Source: Pseudomonadota bacterium (GTDB lineage: Bacteria; Bdellovibrionota_B; Oligoflexia; Silvanigrellales; Silvanigrellaceae). From it: a DNA stretch of 64,000 bases. The DNA lies in the NCBI GenBank assembly GCA_039799905.1, contig JBDLRP010000024.1, forward strand, positions 1-64,000, given 5' to 3'. Made by a program: the position numbers and the translations under genes. Of the stretch, positions 9,153 through 18,891 are shown in pieces. The notes beneath the pieces were generated by a model. The model was not told the DNA's origin and made no database searches. It worked only from the letters and a program-made list of their open reading frames with translations. Numbering within the stretch: position 1 is the first letter of the stretch; each line of letters opens with the position of its first letter.

Positions 9153-10040
9153 ATGACGCCGTGGATTAACTATCACCACCTGTTTTATTTCAAGTCCATT
9201 GCCGAAGAGGGAAGTGTTTCGCGTGCGGCCGAGAAGCTGCGACTGGGTCAGCCGACGCTGTCGGCCCAGCTCAAGCAGTTTGAAGACACTCTGGGTGTGC
9301 AGCTGTTTGAACGTCAGCACAAACGCCTGATTTTGACTGAGCAGGGCAAGATTGCGCTCGATTATGCCAAGGGCATATTTCGCATGGGTTCAGAGATGTA
9401 TGAGGTACTTCATGACCGCCTGAAGCCGCTCAAGCCATCAATTCATATCGGAGCTTTGGACGATGTGCCAAAGCAAGTTGTTGAGCAGGTGGTCAAACAC
9501 GCTTTTCGTATTTCCCCTTGTCAGGTCACGCTCTCAGAGGGGAAGCCCAATGAGCTTTTGCGTGAGCTGGTTTCGCACCGGATGGATATTGTGTTGAGCA
9601 ATTTTGTTCCCAATGGCACGGATGCCAAAGGTATTTACCCAAAATTGATCAGTCGCAACAATGTTTCATTCTATGGAGCCAATAAATACAGGGCTCTGAA
9701 AAAAGGTTTTCCCCAGTCGATATCAGGTCAGCCAATGATTTTTCCCACCTATGACAGCCGAATGAGACAGGACCTGGATCATTGGGCCAAGCTCAACAAA
9801 ATCGAACTCAATATCATCGTCGAAAGTCAGGACATTGCCATAAAGAAATTGCTTGCCAGCTCGGAAGTCGGACTCATTCCAGTGGCATCGCATGCCGTAA
9901 CAGGCCAGTTGCGGCGCGGTGAATTGCATGAAATTGGCGTCCTGCAGGGTGTGTCTGAGGAACTGTTCCTGCTCACCGCGCAGCGTAAAATTGAAAACCC
10001 AATTGCGGCGAAAATAATTGATTTTTTCAACTATCGCTAA
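9153..10040 (+). CDS. NhaR-like LysR family transcriptional regulator
   Basis: WINYHHLFYF..EEGSVSRAAEKLRLGQPTLSAQ N-terminus typical of the NhaR subgroup; IGALDDVPK. Confidence 0.85.
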   Translation: MTPWINYHHLFYFKSIAEEGSVSRAAEKLRLGQPTLSAQLKQFEDTLGVQLFERQHKRLILTEQGKIALDYAKGIFRMGSEMYEVLHDRLKPLKPSIHIGALDDVPKQVVEQVVKHAFRISPCQVTLSEGKPNELLRELVSHRMDIVLSNFVPNGTDAKGIYPKLISRNNVSFYGANKYRALKKGFPQSISGQPMIFPTYDSRMRQDLDHWAKLNKIELNIIVESQDIAIKKLLASSEVGLIPVASHAVTGQLRRGELHEIGVLQGVSEELFLLTAQRKIENPIAAKIIDFFNYR

Positions 10041-10147
10041 AAGCAATGATTAATGTAATAATTATCTATTTAACTAATATTTCAAAGATCCGTAACCTTC
10101 CTGTGTGACGAGAGGGAATTCACACTTGATTGACAGGAGGGTTAACG

Positions 10148-11239
10148 ATGTTGTCAGAGCGCGATTCTATCCGCGAGATCATCAATTCTCGAAATGGGAT
10201 TCATTTGACCGGTTATGTAAAAAACGAACGGTCTGACCTGCATTGCCTGCGGTCGCAGGTTCGTGATCTCGCCGGACAGGCAGAGAAATTTCTCGAACCG
10301 GTCATGACTTCTGCCGAGCGGAAGCAGTTTCTTCTCCCACTTGAAAAACTTGCCGACGAAGACTCACTGCTTTCCCGGCTGAAGAGAAATTTTGGCCTGT
10401 TCCGCACTTGCGATTCGTTCCGGATAGTTCCGATACCCGTGGACGTTCGTCCTAAGTGCGTCGTTGCAACCACGTTTCATGTAAAGCCGCTGCTTAAGTG
10501 GATACAGTCGGATCAAGAATTTCTACTTCTCGGCATTGGGCCAACTGATGTCCATCTCTATTCCGGCAATCAGATTTATCTTGAGAAACTTGGCTCCACT
10601 CAACTGTCCGCCGATGCGCAGTCGGCGCTGGCCGAGCCGCATCTGCTGTCGCAAAGGATGATTTCGAGAATCGTCCGCGAGAATGTACGAGAGTTAGGTG
10701 CATGGGTTACCGCGTTGTGCCCGCTCAATCATACTCGTCTGTACGTGGCCGGTGTCAGGGCGATGAGCGAAGCGTTTCTTCGTTCCCGACCGCTTAAAAA
10801 TATTTACAGAAACCCGATATGGTCAGTCTTTTCAGAGAGTCAAATACCCTTGATTGTCGATTTGATTCGTAAAATGAACCAGCGGGATGGCATGTTGCGG
10901 ATTGAGAAGTCAATTTTTGAATTCAGCCACGCCAAGGAAAAGGACCGGCTCTGTACAGACCTCGCCGGAATAGCAAGGGCGGCTGTGCAGGGGAGAGTGA
11001 GAAAGCTTCTTGTTTCAGACCAGATTGAGATCTTCGGGAAGCTGGATGCAAAGAACGGTCAGTTGAAGCTCCACGCCCACGAACTCGATCACGAGGATGA
11101 TGATTTGCTTGATGACCTTGCGCAAAGCGTCATCGCATCCGGTGGCGAGGTGTTAATCGGACACGTCGGAGCGATGTCCACATCGTCACCGATTTTGGCT
11201 CTTGTCGAACAAAAGGAGGTGGAATCGCAAGTGTGTTGA
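10148..11239 (+). CDS. Bacterial archaeo-eukaryotic release factor family 3 (baeRF3)-like protein, no GGQ (Balon-like)
   Basis: VVATTFHVKPLL, TDLAGIARAAVQGRVRKLLV, DDDLLDDLAQSVIASGGEV (eRF1 domain-3-like). GGAGG RBS before ATG 10148. Confidence 0.75.
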   Translation: MLSERDSIREIINSRNGIHLTGYVKNERSDLHCLRSQVRDLAGQAEKFLEPVMTSAERKQFLLPLEKLADEDSLLSRLKRNFGLFRTCDSFRIVPIPVDVRPKCVVATTFHVKPLLKWIQSDQEFLLLGIGPTDVHLYSGNQIYLEKLGSTQLSADAQSALAEPHLLSQRMISRIVRENVRELGAWVTALCPLNHTRLYVAGVRAMSEAFLRSRPLKNIYRNPIWSVFSESQIPLIVDLIRKMNQRDGMLRIEKSIFEFSHAKEKDRLCTDLAGIARAAVQGRVRKLLVSDQIEIFGKLDAKNGQLKLHAHELDHEDDDLLDDLAQSVIASGGEVLIGHVGAMSTSSPILALVEQKEVESQVC

Positions 11240-11313
11240 TTTTTTCGTCGTCTGCTCGGTCGAGGCAGTATTGCCGTTCAGATATTCTGGGACTTTATTT
11301 AGGGGAAAGTGTG

Positions 11314-11676
11314 ATGATTAAAGTAACATTTAAAAACCTTTCGAAGTCGGAACTTGTGGTCGCAGCAATTGAACGAAGAATTAAAATGATTGGCGACAAG
11401 TTCCCGAATTTGAAAGCGAGTGATGTGTTTGTTTCTGCGGAGATGAAGAATTCTCCGCTGCAGGCGGGACCCGACCTCTATACCATTTCTCTTGAGATTC
11501 GCCGCGGAATTTATCAGGGAGTCCGAGTGGGAAGATCTGCGCAGAATCTCTATCGGGCAATGAATGATCTGTTTGAGCTGCTCTTGTTCAAGCTCAACCG
11601 CGTCAGCGATCGCGCGCGAGTGCGTGAGAGGACGAGCGCGCGAAGAATTCATCGGCTCGTGTCGACAGTTTGTTAG
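11314..11676 (+). CDS. HPF/RaiA family ribosome-associated protein
   Basis: MIKVTFKNLSKSELVVAAIERRI and SAQNLYRAMND; about 120 aa. Confidence 0.7.
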   Translation: MIKVTFKNLSKSELVVAAIERRIKMIGDKFPNLKASDVFVSAEMKNSPLQAGPDLYTISLEIRRGIYQGVRVGRSAQNLYRAMNDLFELLLFKLNRVSDRARVRERTSARRIHRLVSTVC

Positions 11677-11710
11677 AATCCCTTTGGCCGGTGACTGATG
11701 CTTAAGGCGC

Positions 11711-11739
11711 GGCCGGTAAAAGAATGCCTTTTACCGGCC
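11711..11739. terminator. Hairpin between convergent genes, possible bidirectional terminator
   Basis: Perfect 12-bp inverted repeat GGCCGGTAAAAG-aatgc-CTTTTACCGGCC overlapping the RND stop codon. Confidence 0.55.
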
Positions 11740-14700
11740 CGCTGCAAAGCGGGCCCTGAAATTCAGCACCGCAGCCTGTGCCTTTGCCTGTCCTCTCTGA
11801 ACTAGAACAAACACACTGGGAACAACAACAAGTGTCAACACTGTGGAGCTGATGAGACCACCGATGACACAGACTGCCATCGGTGCACGTGCCTCGCCGC
11901 CGTCGCCGTGGCCGATTGCGATCGGCAACATGCCGAAGATCATCGCGGCCGTTGTCATCAGAATGGGCCGCAAGCGGACCGGACCCGCCTCAACAAGTGC
12001 GTCAATAATATTTAGCCCGTCGCGCATTTTCCCGAGCGTGAAGTCGATGAGCAGAATTGCGTTTTTCGTCACGAGTCCCATCAGCATGATGAGGCCAATC
12101 ATCGCATAGATGCTCATCGATTTTTGTGTGACGAGCAGACCTGCAAAGGCACCCGAAAACGCGAGCGGAACCGACATCATGATGACAAAGGGTGTCAGAT
12201 AGCTCTCAAATTGCGCGCACAATACGATGAAGACGAGAATGATTGCAAAACCAAGTGCACCCAGCATGGCGCCGATGGCGTCCTTGAGGAGCTTGGCTTG
12301 TCCTTCGAGGTTGTAGCTGATTCCCTGCGGCAGTGTTTTTTTCACCTGAGCTTCGAGACTGCGGATGGCCGCGCTCAGATCCTTGCCCTGAAAGTTTGCA
12401 AGCACGACGATCTGCCGCTGTCCGCCGAGCCTTTCGACCTTGGAAAGTGCGGGTTTCCGTTCGACCCGCGCAATGCTCGTGAGTGCAATCGGAATTCCAG
12501 CCGCATTGGGCAGAGTCAGTGCCGACAAATCTGCGACCTGCTGCGAATCGGCATCCGCAACTTTGGCGCGCACATCATAGCGCTCGCCGCGGTCTTCAAT
12601 TTCACCCACCTTGATGCCTTCAAACAATGTGCGCAGTGCAAAGCCGAGCTGCTGGGTGCTCATTCCGACATCCGCAGCACGCACCGGATCGGTAATGACT
12701 TTGACTTCTTGCACGAGCGGAGGCTCGGAAGTCTGCACGTCGACGGCTCCCTGAACGTTGGCCTTGACCCAGTCGCGCAGTTCGTTTGCGTAGCCGCTGA
12801 GCTTGTCGAACTCGCTCCCCTGCAGAATCAGCTGTATGGGCTGCTGGCGTCCGCCGCCACTGCCCGATTGTTCGCTCACTTCAAGTTTTTCTGTGCCATC
12901 TGTAAAGCGGCTCTTGAGGTCGACGCGCAGTCTTTTGACCATCTCTTCCTGTGTGAAAGAGCGCTGAGACTTGGGAATCAGATTGACATCCAAGCGCGCC
13001 AGATTGGGTTTGCGCTCGGCGTTCGCGCCAATCGCGACCACGACACTTTCGACACCCGGATATTGTCTTAGGAACTGGTCAACAATGGCGGCCTTCTCTT
13101 TCATTTTCTGGATGGGGCTTCCCTCAGGAAGTTCATAGTTGACCTGAAATTGGCTGCGGTCTTCCTTGGGGAAGAAACTCACGGGTACAAACCTCAGCAG
13201 AACGATGCTGAGTATCAGCACGCCCACACCTGCGAGTACCGTCTTGACCGGACTGCTTAGTGATCTGCGCAAGACGTTGCGGTAATAATTCTCGACCGAC
13301 TTAAAGACGTTCTCGAACGGCTGAAAAAATTTCGGCACGGAGCCGTGATGGGCCTTGAGAAGTCGGGAACTCATCATCGGCGTGAGCGTAAAGGCGACAA
13401 ACAACGACACCAACACCGAAAAAGCGACCGTCATGCCGAATTGATAGAAGAACCTGCCGAGAATTCCCTCCATGAATGCCACGGGAATAAACACTGCGAC
13501 GATCGACAGAGTGATGGCAATCGCCGCAAGGCCGATCTCGGCTGTACCCTTGCGTGCCGCCTCCATGGGAGATTCGCCCATCTCGAGCCGGCGGTAAATA
13601 TTTTCGATCACGACGATCGCATCGTCGACAAGAATTCCGATGGAGAGCGTCAGGCCGAGGGTTGTCATCAGGTTGAGCGTGAAGCCCATCGTCTGAATAA
13701 ACCAGAAGGTGGCAATCACAGACGTCGGAATGGCGCAGGCACTGATGATTGTGGCGCGCCAGTCATACAAAAAGACAAGCACGATGACGATGGCCAGCAG
13801 TGCACCGAGGAAAAGGTCAAATTTGACGGAGTCGATGGAACCTTTGATGTATTTCGAGTTGTCTTGAAATACATCGAATCGAACGCCTTCCGGCAGTGAC
13901 TTTTGCAGTTCCTTAATTTTTTCCTGTGCAGTTTCGGCGATGGCAACAGTGTTGCCGCCCGATTGCTTGTAGAGAACCATGACTATCGTCGTGCGTCCGT
14001 TGGCCGAGGCATAACCGGTTTCGTCGGCGAGCGTGTCGCGCACTTCACCGATGTCTTTGACTCGGATTTTTTGCCCTGTGCGCAGCGGGATCGGAATTTC
14101 TCCGACGTCCTGTGCACTGCTCAATGTGCCTTCTGTTCTGATGCGCAGCAGGCTTTCGCTGCTTTCAAGTTTTCCACTCGGAACGTCGGTGTTCTGCGAC
14201 TGAACAGCCTGCACCACCTGTGTGGGTGAAAGGCCGAATGCCTGCAGGCGTGTGCGTGACATAAGAATCTGAATTTCACGTTCGCGCTGTCCGGCCAAAT
14301 CAACCCGCCCGACGCCCTGCACGGTTTCGAGCGCGGGTTTGACTTTGTCTTTAGCCAGCTTGGACAATTGAGCATAGGGCATGTTTTCGGCAGAGAGGGT
14401 CATAGTGATGATCGGGGCGCCGCCGATGTCGATTTTGGCCACCACGGGAGCGAGAGCCTCAGTGGGCAGCTGTGAAGCCAATGCGGACATTTTGTCGCGC
14501 ACGTCCTGAGCGGCCTTGTCGCCGTTGCGTTCGAGTTTGAAGCGCAGGATCACTTGCCCGAAGTTTGGAAACGCAGTGGCATTGAGTGCCTCAAGCCCTT
14601 CGATTCCATTGAGACCCTTTTCCAGCGGCTGGAGAATTTTTTGTTCGACAGTCTTGGGGTCGGCACCGGGGTAGGTGACCTGCACCGTGACGACAGGGAA

Positions 14701-14823
14701 ATCGATGTTGGGGAATTGATCGATGCCGAGCTTCTTATACGAGAAAAGTCCGAATACGATCAGTACCACGTTGAGCATCGTGGCGAAAACTGGCCTTTTG
14801 ATTGAGACGTTTGCTAAAATCAT
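11731..14823 (-). CDS. RND efflux transporter permease (AcrB/HAE1 family)
   Basis: 1030 aa; [43 protein letters not shown]. Confidence 0.95.
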   Translation of the reverse strand: MILANVSIKRPVFATMLNVVLIVFGLFSYKKLGIDQFPNIDFPVVTVQVTYPGADPKTVEQKILQPLEKGLNGIEGLEALNATAFPNFGQVILRFKLERNGDKAAQDVRDKMSALASQLPTEALAPVVAKIDIGGAPIITMTLSAENMPYAQLSKLAKDKVKPALETVQGVGRVDLAGQREREIQILMSRTRLQAFGLSPTQVVQAVQSQNTDVPSGKLESSESLLRIRTEGTLSSAQDVGEIPIPLRTGQKIRVKDIGEVRDTLADETGYASANGRTTIVMVLYKQSGGNTVAIAETAQEKIKELQKSLPEGVRFDVFQDNSKYIKGSIDSVKFDLFLGALLAIVIVLVFLYDWRATIISACAIPTSVIATFWFIQTMGFTLNLMTTLGLTLSIGILVDDAIVVIENIYRRLEMGESPMEAARKGTAEIGLAAIAITLSIVAVFIPVAFMEGILGRFFYQFGMTVAFSVLVSLFVAFTLTPMMSSRLLKAHHGSVPKFFQPFENVFKSVENYYRNVLRRSLSSPVKTVLAGVGVLILSIVLLRFVPVSFFPKEDRSQFQVNYELPEGSPIQKMKEKAAIVDQFLRQYPGVESVVVAIGANAERKPNLARLDVNLIPKSQRSFTQEEMVKRLRVDLKSRFTDGTEKLEVSEQSGSGGGRQQPIQLILQGSEFDKLSGYANELRDWVKANVQGAVDVQTSEPPLVQEVKVITDPVRAADVGMSTQQLGFALRTLFEGIKVGEIEDRGERYDVRAKVADADSQQVADLSALTLPNAAGIPIALTSIARVERKPALSKVERLGGQRQIVVLANFQGKDLSAAIRSLEAQVKKTLPQGISYNLEGQAKLLKDAIGAMLGALGFAIILVFIVLCAQFESYLTPFVIMMSVPLAFSGAFAGLLVTQKSMSIYAMIGLIMLMGLVTKNAILLIDFTLGKMRDGLNIIDALVEAGPVRLRPILMTTAAMIFGMLPIAIGHGDGGEARAPMAVCVIGGLISSTVLTLVVVPSVFVLVQRGQAKAQAAVLNFRARFAAGR

Positions 14824-14835
14824 CGCGGTGTTCCT

Positions 14836-15825
14836 TTAAAGTTGTGCTTCGACAAACTGGCCGGGGATGATCTCTCCGGTGAGCGTTCCCTGAACGCGGC
14901 CGATGACTTCAAACGTGCGTGAGTTTTCTTGAATCACTGGAACAATGCGCAGAATCTTGGCCTTTGTATCTTTACCGAGACTCGGGATGGAGAGAGACAC
15001 CTCAGCTCCCGGACGGACTTTTTTGATCTGGCTTTCGGGAACCCGCAGCGAGACTTCCAATTCATTCATCGATGCAAGCTCAAATACCGGAGCGCCGACT
15101 CCAACATATTCGCCCTCTACTTTGAGCCTTCGTGAAACAACTCCGTCAAACGCGGCGGTCAGTCTGGTATCGGCAAGGTTTTTTTCCGCCTGCTGAAGAT
15201 TTATTTGCGCCTGTGCCGTCGCTATGCGTGCGGCCGTGAGGGCGTTGGTGACCCGCTCGAGGTTGCTCTGTGTCGTTGCGCCTTCTTTTTTCAGTTGTTC
15301 TTCGCGCTGCATATCTTTTCGTGCCTGCTCAAAAGTCACTTTTGCTTGTTCGAGCTGATTTTGCGCCAGCTTGAGGCGCAGCTGCACATCGGTGTCATCC
15401 AAGATGGCGAGGGTTTGCCCGCGGCGGATCTTTTCGCCCGGCTGTGCAACAGTTTTTGCAATGTGACCTGCAATTTTAAAACTGGCTTGTCCTTGTTTCC
15501 CTGAATTGACCTGACCCGACACGCGCATTCCGGATTCCGCAGGTTGGGTGGCCTGCGCTGTTACAATGGCTGGTGCAGTGCTTTCGCTTGCCTGTGCGAC
15601 TGCTGTGGTTGAGGGTGCTGTGGTTGAGGGTGCTGCCGAGGTGGCAGGGGAAGCCTCTGCAGTTTCGGTGAATCCTGAGCTGGCTTTATTTTCTGACGAA
15701 ACGACAGGAACCTGTGGAGCCTCACTCGGCAAATCAACTTTTTTTCCGGTGCAGGCGCACAACAGGCAGAGAGCCGGCAAGAGGATCGTTTGGATCGGAG
15801 TGAGCGGTTGGCTTGCTGATGTCAT
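14836..15825 (-). CDS. RND periplasmic adaptor (MFP) lipoprotein
   Basis: Lipobox LCA-C, lipoyl-like halves flanking a coiled-coil hairpin, IPGQFVEA; sits between TolC and the RND gene. Confidence 0.9.
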   Translation of the reverse strand: MTSASQPLTPIQTILLPALCLLCACTGKKVDLPSEAPQVPVVSSENKASSGFTETAEASPATSAAPSTTAPSTTAVAQASESTAPAIVTAQATQPAESGMRVSGQVNSGKQGQASFKIAGHIAKTVAQPGEKIRRGQTLAILDDTDVQLRLKLAQNQLEQAKVTFEQARKDMQREEQLKKEGATTQSNLERVTNALTAARIATAQAQINLQQAEKNLADTRLTAAFDGVVSRRLKVEGEYVGVGAPVFELASMNELEVSLRVPESQIKKVRPGAEVSLSIPSLGKDTKAKILRIVPVIQENSRTFEVIGRVQGTLTGEIIPGQFVEAQL

Positions 15826-15919
15826 CGTGGGACTCTCCGTGCGAAGGTGTTCAACTGAAATTTTTGAGCGTCTGTGTGAAAAGAAATTTCTCTTGTCGCT
15901 TCAGAATTATGAAACAAAG

Positions 15920-17338
15920 TCATAGCGAAAGTTCTTCGCCCATACCGCGCTGCAGCCTCAGCCAGGCCAAATCGGCTTCAGAACGTGCTGCAACCAAGCC
16001 GGCGCGTGCACGAGCCTGATCTCGCTCGGCCGTAATCAAATCGGTTGACGAGGCTTGTCCGTTGGCAAAGCGCGCTTGGGTGAGGCGATAGACTTCCTGT
16101 GCGAGCCGGACGCTGGACAGTGAAGTCTGCAGCGAATCGCTTGCCGCTTTGAAGTCGAGATATGTTTTGGTGATCTCGGTTTTCAAGAGCGAAAGCGCTT
16201 GTTCAGCACTGATTTCAGCCTTGCTGCGCTGCGCGACGGTCTCGCTGATCTTATTCCAGCGAGTACCCCAGTCCCACAGCTGCCATTTGAGTTGTAGCCC
16301 GACCGCCAGCTTGTCGCGCACATCGTTTTTGGCTGCGAGCAGCGGGGCTGCGGAAGCATCGGCAGCTCTGCCGCGAATATCCTGTGCGCCGAAGTCGCGT
16401 TCATAGCGGGCAAAAGCATTCAGCGATGGAGCGTAATCGAGGCGTGCAGCACCCACCGTCAGGCTGGTGATTTTTAGTTGGCTTTCAGCCGCCTTGAGTT
16501 CCGGCCTGTTGGAAAGCGCCTTTTTAAGAACATCTTCGAGGGGCGGGGCGGTGGGGTTTCTTTCCTCCAGCAAGGACTTTTCCGGAGCGTCGAGATCGCT
16601 GTCACCGACTTTGAGCATCAGCGAGTCGTTGAGGGCCATCAGTGCAAGTTCCTTGGCAACTCCTGCCTGTGTGAGTTGTGCGCGCGCATCTGCCACACTC
16701 AGTTCAAAGCGCATGACATCGACTTGTCCGAGTTTGCCGGCACGATAAAGTGCTTCTCCGTCGCTCTTTTGCTTTTCCGCAAGAGCAAGACTCGATTTTG
16801 CGATTTCAAAAAATTGTACGCTGCGCACCGCATTGAGAAAGCTCTGTGCACCCAGCAGTGCACCGTCGCGCTTTGCCTGTGCGGCAGAATCGACAGCGAC
16901 ATCTGCGAGCATCGATGTGGCGCGTGCCTGCAGCGTCAGCGGCAATAGTCCAAAGATGGGTTGCGAGATTTGCACGGCGGCTGTTGTTACTTTTTCGGGA
17001 AATTGCGGAGCCCACGCAGCACCGGTGGCTTTGTTCACCGATTTGTCGAATTTAATGTACTGGGCGTCGGCATCGATGCGCGGGAAAAGTGAACCAAGTG
17101 CCTGTGCCGCGCGCGCGCTGGCTTCGCTCGCCTGCTCTTGCGCAATTCTCACTTGAAAAGGACGTTCGCGGCCGAGCTGGAGCGCTTGTCGAAGGGTGAG
17201 CTTCCCGACCGATGCAGCTGCCTCAGCGGGTTGGCCATCGCTCGCATCAGCTGTCGAGCCGACCACTTTTGCGCTTCCCAACAGAATGCAGACGAGCAGA
17301 AAACTCTCATTCGGACGGAAAAGAATGCGCGCTTTCAT
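15920..17338 (-). CDS. TolC family outer membrane efflux protein
   Basis: LTLRQALQ, LFPRIDA, ALSNRPEL, WQLWDWG, ARFANGQASSTDL. Confidence 0.9.
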   Translation of the reverse strand: MKARILFRPNESFLLVCILLGSAKVVGSTADASDGQPAEAAASVGKLTLRQALQLGRERPFQVRIAQEQASEASARAAQALGSLFPRIDADAQYIKFDKSVNKATGAAWAPQFPEKVTTAAVQISQPIFGLLPLTLQARATSMLADVAVDSAAQAKRDGALLGAQSFLNAVRSVQFFEIAKSSLALAEKQKSDGEALYRAGKLGQVDVMRFELSVADARAQLTQAGVAKELALMALNDSLMLKVGDSDLDAPEKSLLEERNPTAPPLEDVLKKALSNRPELKAAESQLKITSLTVGAARLDYAPSLNAFARYERDFGAQDIRGRAADASAAPLLAAKNDVRDKLAVGLQLKWQLWDWGTRWNKISETVAQRSKAEISAEQALSLLKTEITKTYLDFKAASDSLQTSLSSVRLAQEVYRLTQARFANGQASSTDLITAERDQARARAGLVAARSEADLAWLRLQRGMGEELSL

Positions 17339-17970
17339 GGTGTGGACCTCAGCAGATTTGTAAACATGAATTCAATATGTTTTTTGGCAAATGATTTGAG
17401 CAGCTCGCGCGGCTCGCTGACATCGTTCATCAGAAGAACTTCCTGCCGCATGAACATCATCGGACCGATGAACTCTGCCTCGACGAAGTCGATGTCGAAA
17501 GTTGCCGGCCTGGAATTTTCACTGATCTTGATGAGAAAGTGTCTGATCTGTGTGCGCAGTTGATCGAGCAATTCCCGAGATTCCTCGCGGAATGCACTTG
17601 TTCCGCGCAGACATTCGCTCATCATCAGGCGGTAGAACTGAACCGCTTCGGGTTCGCACCAATGGTCGATCATGTCTTCTGCCAGCTCGAGTAGCGATTC
17701 TTTGAGCCGGCTTTGATGCGCCGAAATATTCAGATGTGTAAACGCTGGAATCTCGCGTGCGGGTCCAAAGGTTTCCATCAGGCATTGCAGGATGTGCTGT
17801 TTGTTTCGGAAGTGGACGTAGAGAGCACTTTCGCGGATTCCGACACTTGAAGCTAGAGTCCGCATGCTGGTTGCCTCAAACCCGTCCCGCGAAAAGAGCC
17901 CAAGAGCTGCAACGAGAATGCTCCTTCGGGTGTCGCGACTGTCTGATTTTTTGGGTCTTCCAAGAACCAT
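17335..17970 (-). CDS. TetR/AcrR family regulator
   Basis: GRPKK..TRRSILVAALGLFSRDGFEATSMRTLA..GIRESALYVHFRNKQ; 4-bp overlap with the TolC start. Confidence 0.92.
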   Translation of the reverse strand: MVLGRPKKSDSRDTRRSILVAALGLFSRDGFEATSMRTLASSVGIRESALYVHFRNKQHILQCLMETFGPAREIPAFTHLNISAHQSRLKESLLELAEDMIDHWCEPEAVQFYRLMMSECLRGTSAFREESRELLDQLRTQIRHFLIKISENSRPATFDIDFVEAEFIGPMMFMRQEVLLMNDVSEPRELLKSFAKKHIEFMFTNLLRSTP

Positions 17971-17999
17971 GCTCTGCCCCGTCCGCCAGTGAGCTTGGA

Positions 18000-18028
18000 A
18001 AATTAATGAACGTTCGTTCATTTGTCAA
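18000..18028 (-). promoter_or_regulatory. Sigma70-type promoter with embedded TetR operator palindrome
   Basis: Minus strand TTGACA (18028-18023), 17 bp, TAATTT (18005-18000). Inverted repeat AATGAACG-tt-CGTTCATT at 18005-18022 fills the spacer. Confidence 0.75.
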
Positions 18029-18096
18029 AAGTTCAGTCTTTTTTGGCGTATTGGGGTGTGTGATGATGTCACAAAGCAGAAAGTGGGGAGGGGGAA

Positions 18097-18891
18097 GTGC
18101 TGGTGGAAGGACTGGTTGCAGCTGTGCTGTGGATGGAACAGGCACAGCGACTGCAGGAGGTCAGTGCCACACTGCTGGACACTGTGCCCGTTGCGTCTCC
18201 CATCGCACAAAATTTTCAGCTCGGTATCCGAGCTGATGTGAGTTTTTTACCTGCCCCCAATGCAAAAGTTGGAAGTAAAATTGAACCGATGCCGTCGGCT
18301 CCCGCGCAGATGATTCCGGCATTGTATTCTGCGGCTTCACTCCCGCTGGGCAGCAACGAGGCGCTCAGCGGTGAAGTCTGGGGTGGATATTTGCCCGAGG
18401 GGAGTGGAAAACTCGTTGGCCTGAAGGCTGCGTTGCGGCAGACGCAATGGGGGGGGCGCGCAGAGCTGTCGAGCACTCGACTGGGGAGTGCGCGGATCGT
18501 TTCCGGCGGCGGATACGCCGTGACATCGTCCTCGCTCAGCGGAACGATCAGCAGTTCACAGGGTACAGACACGTTTACCTCCCGCTCGGTGCTGACCTTT
18601 GTCAGTCTTGCTGTTCAGCACAGCCAGAGCGGTTTGTGGGGCGGCGTGATGCTTGGAAAAAAGAATACAACCAGCCGTCTATATATTGAGGAAGACAACA
18701 CCGATCTGCAGGTGTCGGACACTCTGAGCAATGCAAAACAGCCGCACTGGACTCAGGTGAGTCTTGGAGTGCGGCTTGGGAAAAGCGTTTCAATCGCGCT
18801 TTCGGAGTTGATGGTTCCCGACCGGGCCGACCTGCCGCGGCTTTCGCTGGCATGGAGCTTTTTCACCCCGTCAGGCGCTCTACGTGAATGA
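18097..18891 (+). CDS. Hypothetical protein, probable outer-membrane beta-barrel
   Basis: GTG start after a purine-rich RBS; amphipathic beta-strand pattern; ends SLAWSFF. Confidence 0.6.
   Translation: MLVEGLVAAVLWMEQAQRLQEVSATLLDTVPVASPIAQNFQLGIRADVSFLPAPNAKVGSKIEPMPSAPAQMIPALYSAASLPLGSNEALSGEVWGGYLPEGSGKLVGLKAALRQTQWGGRAELSSTRLGSARIVSGGGYAVTSSSLSGTISSSQGTDTFTSRSVLTFVSLAVQHSQSGLWGGVMLGKKNTTSRLYIEEDNTDLQVSDTLSNAKQPHWTQVSLGVRLGKSVSIALSELMVPDRADLPRLSLAWSFFTPSGALRE

Noticed and set aside
7950..11700. Mobile element or genomic island
   Set aside because: It looks somewhat AT-richer by eye, but I saw no integrase, transposase, tRNA or flanking direct repeats.
12124..13899. Antisense ORFs over the RND gene (similarly over rel, lon, uvrB, pyrG and the PhoR-like kinase)
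   Set aside because: They lie opposite well-supported conserved genes, lack motifs, and are expected from codon bias.
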